33,630 bases of DNA from assembly GCA_021432655.1 (NCBI GenBank), contig MU271666.1:1-33630 (forward strand), written 5' to 3'. Positions within the stretch are counted from its first letter, which is position 1. Every line of letters begins with the position of its first letter. Shown in pieces: positions 20,390 to 30,749 of the stretch. The DNA comes from Atractiella rhizophila (taxonomy: Eukaryota). Both the position numbers and the translations under genes were made by a program. The notes beneath the pieces were generated by a model, which saw only the letters and a list, made by a program, of their open reading frames with translations, was not told the DNA's origin and made no database searches.

Positions 20390-20700
20390 TAATGAGGTTC
20401 TCAGCTTCCTCCTTCCTCCACTTCCTCAAACCATCTCTTAAGGTTGCCTCCTCCAGGAGTTTCAAGCCTTCAATCGCATCCATGATCATCTTCACTTCTT
20501 CTTATTTCCAGAATGCATCGAGGCACGCTTCATTGACATTCAGCATGTCTGCCATGACTTCATTTGGTATGGCAACACTGATATTTTAAAACTGTAGTCT
20601 CTTCCTCCTCCACAAGTATCCAGCACCAGCATGCAGTTTCAAGCAAGAATGTTTCTCCCATGCAAAACAGGTTCGTCTTCCAGAGCTGGCATATTCTAGA
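20390..20700 (-). pseudogene. Fragment of an F-box/LRR-like unit, truncated at the LTR
   Basis: Minus strand gives AFWK*EEVKMIMDAIEGLKLLEEATLRDGLRKWRKEEAENL, homologous to AFWDEEEAKLILNEI...RKWRNEEVENF in unit 2. Confidence 0.7.
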
Positions 20701-21149
20701 GACCCAGAGCATTGGTATAGGTTCTATATCCTTGCTAAATGCAATGAAGATCATGATGAGAGGGATCAACTGAACAGGTAGATGTGAGACAAGTCTTGAC
20801 TAACTGGGGGACTCAGACTCAAATGATAGTCACACTCTGATACAGGGGTGGAGGAGGAAATGATTTGTTATACCTTATAGGGACTTCTGGGGTACAAGAG
20901 TGAGTGCAATCAAATGGATTGTAATGTGACTTATTGCAGAGAACATAGAACATAGGTGCGATTGTCAACCATCGTTTGAACACCGGACTTGTGGTGAAGT
21001 GTCACAACTTTAGCTTGAGGTTGTGAGGCTGTGCCTGGCTATAAAGCGGCTTTCGGACGGTATATCAGAGGAGCATTGTTGTCTTTCTTGATTTCAAGTT
21101 ATCTTTTGATCTGGAAAGCACTTTTCACCAATGAGATGTCTCAAATGCA

Positions 21150-21463
21150 GCTAGAATGTGCACATTCATCTCCTTTGATTCATAGCATTTTTTCTTCTAC
21201 TCTTAAAGGGACTTGGGAAATCTTCTTGGGTCATGTTGTGGAGGGCAGGATTGAGCCTATATTTGAAGAAGGTAAGGGTTAAAAAGCTAAAAAGGGGCAG
21301 CAACAGAAGGGCTACACTGAGTTGATAATAGGAGAGTAAACATAAATCACACCAAGCAGCGGCAGGAAGCATAACACAGTGATGGCAGAGACAAATGGGT
21401 GAACAGGCACCACGAAGTAAACATGCAACCAGGCACCAATTCACACAGAATGCAAACCTGACA
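21150..21463 (-). mobile_element. Internally deleted remnant of the same gypsy family: LTR 5' part (21463 to ~21281) fused to a gag fragment (~21280-21150)
   Basis: TGTCAGGTTTGCAT start at 21463. FFKYRLNPALHNMTQEDFPSP aligns with gag FFKRGLNPALYLKVTQGDSPSP (14790-14865). Confidence 0.75.
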
Positions 21464-23120
21464 CATCTTTGGAGCATAACAAGAAGGTGGCTGTGCCTTC
21501 CATCTCCTCCACACTCCCATCACACTGCTCTACCCGACACTCTCTCAGAGAGTTCCTGGCATTCTTGATCTCCTGCTGGGGCCATGCTCCAAAGAACAAC
21601 AAAAGATGCAAAACCTTTTTTTGTTGCGACTTCACAAAAAACCAATGGATGAAGTCTGCAAAGTCAAAGGGATCCACCACGCAGTACTGGACATTAATGT
21701 GTTGTATCCCCACTGCATTCTTGAGAGTGCTGAAGAAATGTGGGTCGACTAGGCGTGAAGATTCCTCGCCCCCATCGAGGTCGAGGTACTTAAGTTGTCG
21801 GAGGTGTGATATGTCCAGGGGAGCTGGTAGGATGGAGGTTTTTCCATTAGGCGAAAAGGGAGCAAGCCTGATCTCGAGATGTTCCAGAAGAGGCGGCAGA
21901 GGGCAGTCTGAGATGGATGGATGGAGTGGGCAAATATTGGAGAGAGTCAGACGTCGCAGGGAGGGTGGGAGGGAGAAGGATGAAAGAGGCGGGTACTTGA
22001 AAAGAGTAAGGGTTCTGAGGGCAGAAGATAATTGAAGGGTGGCTGAAGCCGAAGATGCGGAGGAGGCCACTTCGCTAGCAATGAGTCCTTTAATCCTTCC
22101 TCTTGTCCTCAACATAAAATCCGCCACCTCCTCGGCTCTCCACTTCCTTCGGCCACAGCGTCCAAAGGTCACCATCTCCACGCATTTCAACTGTGCAATT
22201 TCATTCAATACCATCTTCGTTGCTTCTTCGTTCCAATGTACATCCAGATACACTGCCGTAATATTTGGAGAGCCTACGATGATTTCTTTCAGCGTCGCAA
22301 CCTTGACATATTTTGCCAACCAAAGTTTCCTCCACAGACGTCCAGCACCAGGATGTTCTCGTAAGCGAGCATGTTTACCTTCTGTGGAATCAGGTTCATT
22401 CCGATAAGGAACCCAAAGCTGCCTCCACTTCTTGCACACATGGGAGAGATTGGGAGTGTTACTTCCGACTTCACCACCTGTGACAAAATCGAAGATGGTG
22501 CACAGGAGCTCGACAGGCAGTCGCGAGATAAAGCACGGATTATCCGCTAGCGATGGCGAGAGCGAGACTTGGATGATGGCCGCGGGGCCCGGCTGGAGGT
22601 ATGGCCGGTAAAATGATTCGTCATTACGGTTAGGAACGAAGCGCTGTTTGTGTCCGGAGTATAGCGGAATGGGGCCGAAAATTACTTCAGGCGGATCTGG
22701 AAGAAGTGCAAACGTCCGAGTGATGGGAGTAAAACTTGATGGCAGGGCACCTGCAGTCTGTCTGCCCACCTCACAGGTTGCCGTGATAGCTCCTCCATTG
22801 AATGAGATATCCAAATTTGCTCTATCATCGTTTCCAACTGCATGACAAATGTATTTAAGTGAGCAGCAGGATAGTTTTGAGGACATCTGCGCGTAATTGT
22901 AATCCGCCAGTTGTGGAGGCAAGACAGAAGCGGTGAGTGTGTGGATTGATGAAGGTAGGCACGATAGAAATGAGGGGAGAATAGAGAGGTAGAGTGAAGT
23001 GCAGATTCTCGCTTGGACGATGACATTGATCAGGACGGTTGAGTCTGGTCCCCGTATCGGAGAATAGTGGTGCAAGATAGACATTTGCTGCTCATTCTCC
23101 TGCTCAAGAAAGATGCTAGT
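21441..23120 (-). CDS. F-box/LRR-like (RNI-like) unit 1, intact frame; probable last exon of a multi-unit gene
   Basis: 547-aa ORF with F-box-like ISRLPVELLCTIFDFV...LSHVCKKWR followed by Leu-rich repeats (LRTLTL, LRRLTLSN, LEHLEI, LKYLDLDG). The frame extends 12 codons upstream to an AG acceptor at 23121. Confidence 0.8.
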   Translation of the reverse strand, partial: TSIFLEQENEQQMSILHHYSPIRGPDSTVLINVIVQARICTSLYLSILPSFLSCLPSSIHTLTASVLPPQLADYNYAQMSSKLSCCSLKYICHAVGNDDRANLDISFNGGAITATCEVGRQTAGALPSSFTPITRTFALLPDPPEVIFGPIPLYSGHKQRFVPNRNDESFYRPYLQPGPAAIIQVSLSPSLADNPCFISRLPVELLCTIFDFVTGGEVGSNTPNLSHVCKKWRQLWVPYRNEPDSTEGKHARLREHPGAGRLWRKLWLAKYVKVATLKEIIVGSPNITAVYLDVHWNEEATKMVLNEIAQLKCVEMVTFGRCGRRKWRAEEVADFMLRTRGRIKGLIASEVASSASSASATLQLSSALRTLTLFKYPPLSSFSLPPSLRRLTLSNICPLHPSISDCPLPPLLEHLEIRLAPFSPNGKTSILPAPLDISHLRQLKYLDLDGGEESSRLVDPHFFSTLKNAVGIQHINVQYCVVDPFDFADFIHWFFVKSQQKKVLHLLLFFGAWPQQEIKNARNSLRECRVEQCDGSVEEMEGTATFLLCSKDVSGLHSV

Positions 23121-23169
23121 CTATAGCCAGTACAGGGGTCAGAAGAAGAAAGCTAAGAACAAATCATAC

Positions 23170-24860
23170 CTGTCTCGCATTCCCGGATAATGAAACTTGC
23201 GCCATTCGATCCCCTTCAGTAATCCACGACGATTCATGCGCCACACTCACTCCACATTCTCTCATCGTTCGTCTAGCCATCTCGATTTGCTGCGGTTGCC
23301 ACTCGCCAGGGAATAAGAGCACACATAGATTGCGTTCGATGGTCCAGTCTCCCTTTTCCGATCCATGCTCGTCACTATCCATATCCCCCTTCAACCCACG
23401 ATCCCCAAAAAACCAGCGGGTGAAATCTGGGAAGTCGACACATTCCACCGAGCAGTACCGAAGGTAAATGTGTTTTATGTCCTTTGAATTCCTGAGAGTG
23501 CGAAAAAACCTGGGTAAAACAAAGCGTGAAGTTCCCGCGCCACAGTCTAGGATGAGGTGTGTGAGATGTTTGAGGCATGTCAAGTTGAGCGGAGTGGGTA
23601 GGGTGGAGGCGTTTCCGTCGTCCGAGTAGGGAGCAAGCTTGATCTCGAGATGTTCTAGAAGAGGCGGCAGAGACGAGGTTAAGAAAGAAGGAGGGAGTGG
23701 ACACATGTCGGAGAGAGTCAGCCAGCGCAGAGCGTGTCCGAAGGAGAGCGCTGCGAGAGGCGGGTACTTGTAAAGTTCCAGGTGCTCCAGGCCAGGAGGC
23801 AAGTGAAGGCTAGCCGATGCTGAAGGGGTAAAAAAAGAGTCCGCTACATCACTAACAAGGAGCTTTCTGATCCTCCCCTTTGCCCTTCGCATAAAGTTCT
23901 CAACCTCCTCGTTCCTCCACTTCCTCACGCCACTGCAACCAAAGGTCACCATCTCCACCGATTTCAAGCGTGCAATTTCATTCAATATCAGCTTCGCCTC
24001 CTCTTCATCCCAAAATGCGTCCATATACACGTCCGTAAGATTCGGAGAGCCCAAGATGGTTTCTTTCACTTTCTCAAACTCAATATATGTTTCCAACCGA
24101 AGTTTCCTCCACAAACGTCCAGCACCAGGATGTTCTCGCAGGCGAGCATGTTTACTTTCGGTGAAATCAGGTTCATTCTGATAAGGAACCCAAAGCTCCA
24201 TCCACTTCTTGCACACATGCGAGAGATTGGGAGTGTTACTTCCAACTTCGCCACCTGTGACAAAATCGAAGATGGTACAAAGCAGCTCGACAGGCAGTCG
24301 TGAGATAAAGCACAGATTATCTGCTGGCGATGGCGAGAGCGAGACTTGGATAATGGCCGCGGGATTCTGATGGAGGGATGTGTCATCACGGCAGACGTCC
24401 CTCCGTTTGTTTCTGGAGATGGGGCAAAAATACCCTGGGAGCGATGTTCTGGAAGAAGCCCAAACCGGCAGGTGATGGGAGTGACGCCGGATGGTAGCGG
24501 AACTGTAGCCCATTCACCAACCTCACAGTGTACTGTGATGGATCCTTCGTTGAAGATGATGTACAGGTTCGCTGTACCATCGGTTTCGACTGCATTTTTG
24601 ATGTCTTTAAGTGAACAGCATACTTTCGAGGGCAGCTGTGTATAATCATAACCTGATTGGGGAGGCAAGATCAAAGTGGTAAGTGTGTGGACGGATGAAG
24701 GTAGGCACGATAGAAAAGAGGGGTGGATGGAGATGTGTAGTGGAGTGCTGACTCCCATTCCCGGTGGAACGATGACATTGATTAGTGCGGTAATGTCTGG
24801 TCCACGTGAATCCTGATGTAAGACAGGCCGTTCATTCTCTTGTCGAGGAAAAATGCTAGC
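23170..24860 (-). CDS. F-box/LRR-like unit 2; one frameshift near 24420 (mutation or sequencing error)
   Basis: ORFs 24066-24758 and 23164-24513 together align end-to-end with unit 1 and carry the same F-box-like motif. The segment is bounded by an AG acceptor (24861) and a GTATGA donor (23169). Confidence 0.75.
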
Positions 24861-24880
24861 CTGTAGCTAATGAATCTAGA

Positions 24881-26590
24881 TCAGATGAAAGGAGGAAAAC
24901 CGAAGAGAGACCTTGCCCGCGATGTGTCAACGCCTGATGAAGCTTCAGCTTCCCCGTCACCGTCCCTAATCCACGATGTCTCGCCAGCCCCATACTCTTT
25001 CATCATCTGCCTCGCAATCTCAATAACCTCCTCCGGCCACTGTCCAAAGAATAGTAGTAAACATAAATTGCGTCCGGTCATCCAACCATCCTTTTCAGAT
25101 TCGTCCTCTTCAGCCGACCCCCGACCCCCAAAGAACCAGCGGACAAAATCTGGGATATCGAACGCATCTAACAAACAGTAGCGAATGTCAATGTAATGTA
25201 TTGCCTCTGCAATCTTGAGAATGCTAAGGAAATGAGGGGAAACAAGGCCAGAAGATTCTCCACCGCCATCGAGGTAAAGGTAGGTTAGTTGCGCGAGGTG
25301 TGATAAGTCCAGGGGAGTCGATAGGATGGATGTCGTTCCATCAGGGGAGTAAGGGGCAAGCTGGATGGAGAGGTTTTCCAGTAACGGTGGCAGAGGGAAC
25401 CGTGAAATGCAAGGAGGAGGGAAGCGCATATCAGAGAGAGCCAGGCGCTTGAGGGACGTTGGAAGGATGGGCAAGGGGAAAATTGGGGACCTTCGCAGTG
25501 TTAACTCTGTAAGGCCAGGAGGCAGCCGAAGGCCATCTAATGCAGAAGGGGCAGAGGGAGGAGAGGAGTCTTCGACGCCATGAAAGGTGAGCTTTCTGAT
25601 CGTCTGACGGATCCTCCACAATTCCTCGATCTCTGACGTCTTCCACTTGTTCAAACCCATAGATCCAAATGTTACCTCCTCCAACCGTTCCAGCCCATCG
25701 ATTGCGTTCAACACCATCTTCGCTTCTTTTTCGTTCCGAAATTCATCCATGTACACTTTTGTAACATTCGGGGAGCCTTCGATGATTTCTTTCAGCGTCG
25801 CAACCTTGACATATCTTGCCAACGAAACTTTCCTCCACAGACGTCCAGCGCCACGGTGTAATCCCAAGCGAGCGTGCTTCTCCCTTGCGGAAGCAGGTTC
25901 ATCCCAATAAGGAGTCGAAACAACCCTCCAGAGCGCACATACCTCAGAGACTGGGCGGATCGGCGTGGGACCTCCTTCTTCGCTGAGCGCGAGGAGGTCC
26001 ATGATGATGGAGAGTAACTCTACGGGCAGACGGGAAATATGGCATGGAATAACACCTGATGTGGGCAGCGACACTTGAATGATAGTCACAGAGCTCTGAT
26101 GAAAAGTTTGACAGCATCGTTCGTCATGGATAGGGACGAATTGCCGTTTGAGGCTGGAATATACGGCGAGGGGGGAGAAGATGGCATTGGAGCGATCATG
26201 GACAGGAAAAGTGGTAGTAAAAGTTTGTGTGTCTGCCCTAAGATCATGCAAATGGACAAAGACTGGTTCCGAGAAGGTCGCTGTGACACTTTTCAAGTCG
26301 TGGACGATGAAAAGGTTCACTACACCGTCGTTCCCAATTGCCCCCGATACATCCAAGTCCGACAGTTTGCGGGACACCGTTGTGAAATCTTGAGGCTTCC
26401 ATCGAGGAGGTAGGTCAAAAATGACCCGGAGGGTGTGAATTGATGTTGGCAATCGAGATAGGAAAGAGGGGAGAATAGAGATTTGCAGCGAAAGTTGAAG
26501 TCGTGACGGGGTGATGAGATGGATAAGCGCCATTGCGTCTGGCTTTGTCGAAGGAATAAAGGCTTGTTGATCAAACATTGCTTTGTCCGA
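24881..26590 (-). CDS. F-box/LRR-like unit 3, intact frame
   Basis: 565-aa ORF with ISRLPVELLSIIMDLL...VSEVCALWR and the same LRR-like C-terminal region; in-frame CAG acceptor at 26591. Confidence 0.8.
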   Translation of the reverse strand, partial: SDKAMFDQQAFIPSTKPDAMALIHLITPSRLQLSLQISILPSFLSRLPTSIHTLRVIFDLPPRWKPQDFTTVSRKLSDLDVSGAIGNDGVVNLFIVHDLKSVTATFSEPVFVHLHDLRADTQTFTTTFPVHDRSNAIFSPLAVYSSLKRQFVPIHDERCCQTFHQSSVTIIQVSLPTSGVIPCHISRLPVELLSIIMDLLALSEEGGPTPIRPVSEVCALWRVVSTPYWDEPASAREKHARLGLHRGAGRLWRKVSLARYVKVATLKEIIEGSPNVTKVYMDEFRNEKEAKMVLNAIDGLERLEEVTFGSMGLNKWKTSEIEELWRIRQTIRKLTFHGVEDSSPPSAPSALDGLRLPPGLTELTLRRSPIFPLPILPTSLKRLALSDMRFPPPCISRFPLPPLLENLSIQLAPYSPDGTTSILSTPLDLSHLAQLTYLYLDGGGESSGLVSPHFLSILKIAEAIHYIDIRYCLLDAFDIPDFVRWFFGGRGSAEEDESEKDGWMTGRNLCLLLFFGQWPEEVIEIARQMMKEYGAGETSWIRDGDGEAEASSGVDTSRARSLFGFPPFI

Positions 26591-26661
26591 CTGCAGCCCA
26601 TCCCGTTTGTGTTAAAAGGGAAGAGATGACATCTGAATAGAGAAAGAGGATCAGAATTTAC

Positions 26662-27858
26662 CTGTTTTGCATCATTAACTTGAACCATTTCAGATTCCAC
26701 CGTTCTCGGTTCTTGCAGCGTGACGCCGTGGACTTCTGCGTTCTCTGTGAGGCGAGGGTCAAACCTTCCTTGATCACCGGAATCCACCTTAATCAATTGG
26801 TCCGTCAAGCTCACATCCTGCATGGTAGGGTAATCACGCCTCGCATTGGGGTCCGCCGCCTCTGCCTGGACCGTCGAAGAAATGATTGGGTCTATTCCGG
26901 GATAAATCATGAGCTTTGTCTTCTTCGCCGAATTTTCGAATTCCCCTCCCATCTCATCGCGTTCGAGCGTTGAAAGACGGCGTTTCGGAGGGCGGGAAAG
27001 AGAATCTGAGGAACACTCAATTGCATCCTCTTCGTGAGTGATCATGAGCTTCATTTTCTTTCGCATCTTTTTGAAATCCTCAGTCCTAACACATTCCGCG
27101 GCGGAACGGGGACGTTTTGGAGGGCGCTCAGGGTTATTAATTGGAGAAACGATCTGGTTCTCTTCGTGTGAACTCATGAGTTTTATCTTCTTTCCCCGCT
27201 CTTCGAATTCGAGTTCCCTTGTCGACCCTGGGACGCCAAAGGGGGAAAGAGGGCGTTTGGGAGGCCTGTGTGACGCAACACTGACGGCACCAACGTTCTT
27301 TTGCAAACATGGATCGTTAGCCGACTCGGAGAACGCCGCATCATTCTGCTGCAGCTCCGTTATGCCCTCCGATGAAGCAGCGCTTTCAACTTCGAGTGAC
27401 TCAAGTTTGATCTCCGTTGTCCTCTTGCCATGATCCAGAATTTCTGTCTCCCCTGACGTGGACAGATCATAGAGAGGCTTGCAGTCGTCTTCGATATTGT
27501 CAAAGCTTCTGAGTGAGGCCGTAGTTTGAGAAGTTCCGCTGTCCATCGACGACGGATGGGGAGGTTGCTTCGCTTGATCAAAATGGAGAATGGGATCCGC
27601 GGGACCTTCATCGCCGTCGTTAAAAGAGTCTGCATCGTTGGGTACCCAATATCCTTGGTCTCCTTCCCCTTTCCACCTGTTGCGCTCGAAAAATCTTCGT
27701 CTATCGCTATCGGTAGCACGAGACTCTTCTGGCATGGCTTGCCATGCGTAGACCATCTCTATGAGGGTCCATTCGGAGTTTTCCAACTGAAGCACGTCGC
27801 TCATCAGAGCCATGAAGTTTTCCCTCGAAAAGCCTGAGTTGAGGAAACCTTGATCTCT
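26662..27858 (-). CDS. N-terminal exon (~399 aa) of the F-box gene: short helical segment plus acidic low-complexity linker with three basic repeats; further exons probably upstream to ~28700
   Basis: Long open frame ending AKQ|GTAAAT (donor 26661). An upstream 50-nt intron 27859-27908 (GTGCGT...CTCAG) keeps frame with ORF 27804-28073. Confidence 0.65.
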
Positions 27859-29539
27859 CTGAGAGGGAGTGAGGGCTCTCTCAACCCGCTGAAGGACATC
27901 GAACGCACCTCAGTTCCCAAAGCCACAACACCATTTGCCATCTCTTCGCAATCGCTAACTAGGTCTTGGGAGGACGAATGGCAGCAACGTGTTTTTTGAT
28001 TTCTGGCTGACCAGGACCAAGCAAAAGAGAAGGGCTTCGGCGTCAAGAGCACAGCGTGAAAGTTGGTGAGCAAAGAGGTCGCAGGACTTCAACTGGGGCG
28101 AGGAGAGTGATAAGAGCATTAAAGTACGGACGCTGGAGATTTAGCTTCTTTGTTTGTCACACAGAATCACAGATGGAAGCTACTCCTTTCAATATTTCTC
28201 CCAGCCGTCTGATAAAGTTCCAGGGTCCCTTCCACTACTTTCCCAATCCTCTATGGGACTTTCAAAGCAAAGCGCAATCTCATCGTTGAAGCCCGAACCT
28301 CCGCATGTTCTTCTTGCCCGGCAGAAGAACGACCTCGAAACAAGATTCCAGGATAAGCAGATAGCAGAGTCGAAGTAAACAACGTCGTTGTGCATTATGC
28401 ATGTTCGCCCTAATGAAATGCATCCAAATACAGGAATCAATCAATCGAGGTTCGTCTTCTCCTCAAACTTTGGGCATTCAACTGAATCTGCAACTGAATA
28501 TATCCCAGAACCTTGCTGACAGTCTGACCGCCAGTACGACATCCATTCTTGCTCAGACCTCAATACCGCTCGTAGGTCCTCAACGTCGGGCATAAATGTC
28601 CAATACGCCTTGTCATAAGAACGATGAGGTGAAATTTCTGTGATAATCGCCAATACCGCAGATTTCATGTTGCAAAGAATCGGGAACATTCTCCACAACA
28701 TGATAAGCCGCAGGAGTGGGTCAATTAGGGTTCAAACCAAGCCAAACTCTATTTTCAAAAAGCATTAATATTTTTTGAGCGTACGCTGCCATTACCATGG
28801 AGACTCGAGAGGAGAGCGAGCTCGAAAGTAAGGCTTGGGAACGGTAGGGTGGGTTAGTAGCGGAAACGGTGGAAGCGGTGCGTGGTAGCCGTTTCTTGAA
28901 GGAGGCAGATCGTGTGAATCTGCCAGGTCTGGATGCTTGAGGGAGAAGCGCGGTGATTTGATTTGAGAATTTGAGAGGAGGAAGCTGGGAAGGAAAGTCG
29001 ATTTTTGTCTGAGTTGGATGTGAGTACTTCTACTCACTCACACCCGAAAGTTAATGGTTCTGAAGCATCAAATCGATTTGTAGAATGGTCGAGATTCGTT
29101 GCAGATGTTGATTTCCAGGGCCAATCACAGTTACCGTTCAATTTGTATGATGTAACGTTAATGTACCACCCCGTCACTCTGCGCTTTTGAGTGCTTATGT
29201 CGTGGTTCCAAAATTCGTCGTGCCGCATGGCCCCTCTCGATGTTGTCCAAGTTGGGGAGGGTGATACAAGAGACTTACCTTCTTGTCACGTCTTCTTCCA
29301 AGCATAAGTCATGTACCTTCAAATCACACCTCTTCACCCTCCTGGATCCATGTCATTTTAGACTTCTCACTTACCTCATACTCTCCATCTTGCTTCTGAA
29401 AATAGCCATCCGCTGCTCACACCACTCTCCAAAGAATAGACGAATGCTCAATCACATTCTTTCATCTCTTCCACTTGCTTTGATTGCCTGTTTCCTGGGA
29501 GACCGAACCATTCCACTATACAGAATAAAACTTCCATTG

Positions 29540-29990
29540 TATCGCATTTGCATTTCTGACAGTGCGGAAGAGCTGGAGGGTGGAGCTGAGGTGTGAGCGG
29601 TGAGATAAGTCCAGTGGAGCGGTAGGATGGAGATCTCTCCATCAGGCGAGTAGGGGTGAGGTCTATTAGACGAGGGGGCAGCGGGTCGCTTGAGATACAG
29701 GGAGGGAGGTTAGAGAGCACAAATCGGCGAGCGCGCGTTGGAGGGAGATCGATGGCAGAGGCGGGTATGCGTGAAGCGTTAGATGGTTAAGTTCCGAAGG
29801 TAATTGAACGCTTTGTGATGTCAAAGGTGCAGAGTCCTCCACTTAGAAAGCTGCAAAGTACTTGATCCTGTCACCCATCCTCCGCATAAACTTCTCGACC
29901 TCCTGCCTTCTCTACCTTCTTGAACCCTTACGATCGAATTTCAAGTAATCCACCCTCTTCATACCGTGAACCGCATCCAAACCTCCCCTT
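29540..29990 (-). pseudogene. Degenerate F-box/LRR-like unit fragment
   Basis: Minus strand gives RRQEVEKFMRRMGDRIKY, LNHLTLHAYPPLPSI and LPPCISSDPLPPRL, with stops and frameshifts. Confidence 0.7.
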
Positions 29991-30749
29991 ATCAACTCAT
30001 CCATCCAACCTTCGATGGAGCGCAGTCAAACTGTGAGGAGAGACCGAGACGAGCAACGTGGTCGTCTAACTCATATCAAACGAGGATCCAAAATCAGTTT
30101 ATCACAAGTCCTGCCGTACGCGAACTCATGAGACGAGGAGGCGGAGGTCACGAAGCTCGCCTACAAATTAATCGCTTTCAAGCGCAGTGATCATCTCCAA
30201 CTCGAACGTGGGTCAGATGAAGTTGTAGATATCCGGAGATCCATTGCTTCTTTCCCCTCTTTTATTTCCTAGATGAGACATCGATGCGGCGAGGGGGAGA
30301 TGAAGAGCAGAGAATGTGGCAGAACGCTTCTTGGGAGGAGGACACGAAGAATGGGAGGGTTTGGCAGCTGGTGAATGTGTGGTGACAGGCAGGGGTGGGT
30401 GGTTGGCGGGCACGCAAAGGAGGAATGAGGAGAAAACGAGTTGTCAACTGTGAGTACACTGATCCCTCTAGGACTTGCGCTGTTCTAAAGGCCACCAAAG
30501 GCATGGCCAAGATTAGATTAGGTGCAAGTAGCGCGCTAGTCGTCACTGTCGTCCAAGCTGTATGACATAAACCGCTCTCCGCTGTAGACTGATGCTGGCA
30601 TGTTCCCGTCCCAAAACTTGCGATGTTCCGTAACGCTACATTGATTCCCAGCAATTTTTGTTACGTCTTAGACTTCCCTTTCAATATTTTGCTAGGTATT
30701 AGCGGCATATGAGAGGCTGACCTTCCTGCTATGCCTTCTTTGCGGCACA

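Noticed and set aside
26633..26661. Alternative 29-nt intron joining the N-terminal exon to unit 3
   Set aside because: It is too short for this genome's introns and leads to an in-frame TAA; the 71-nt intron keeps the frame.
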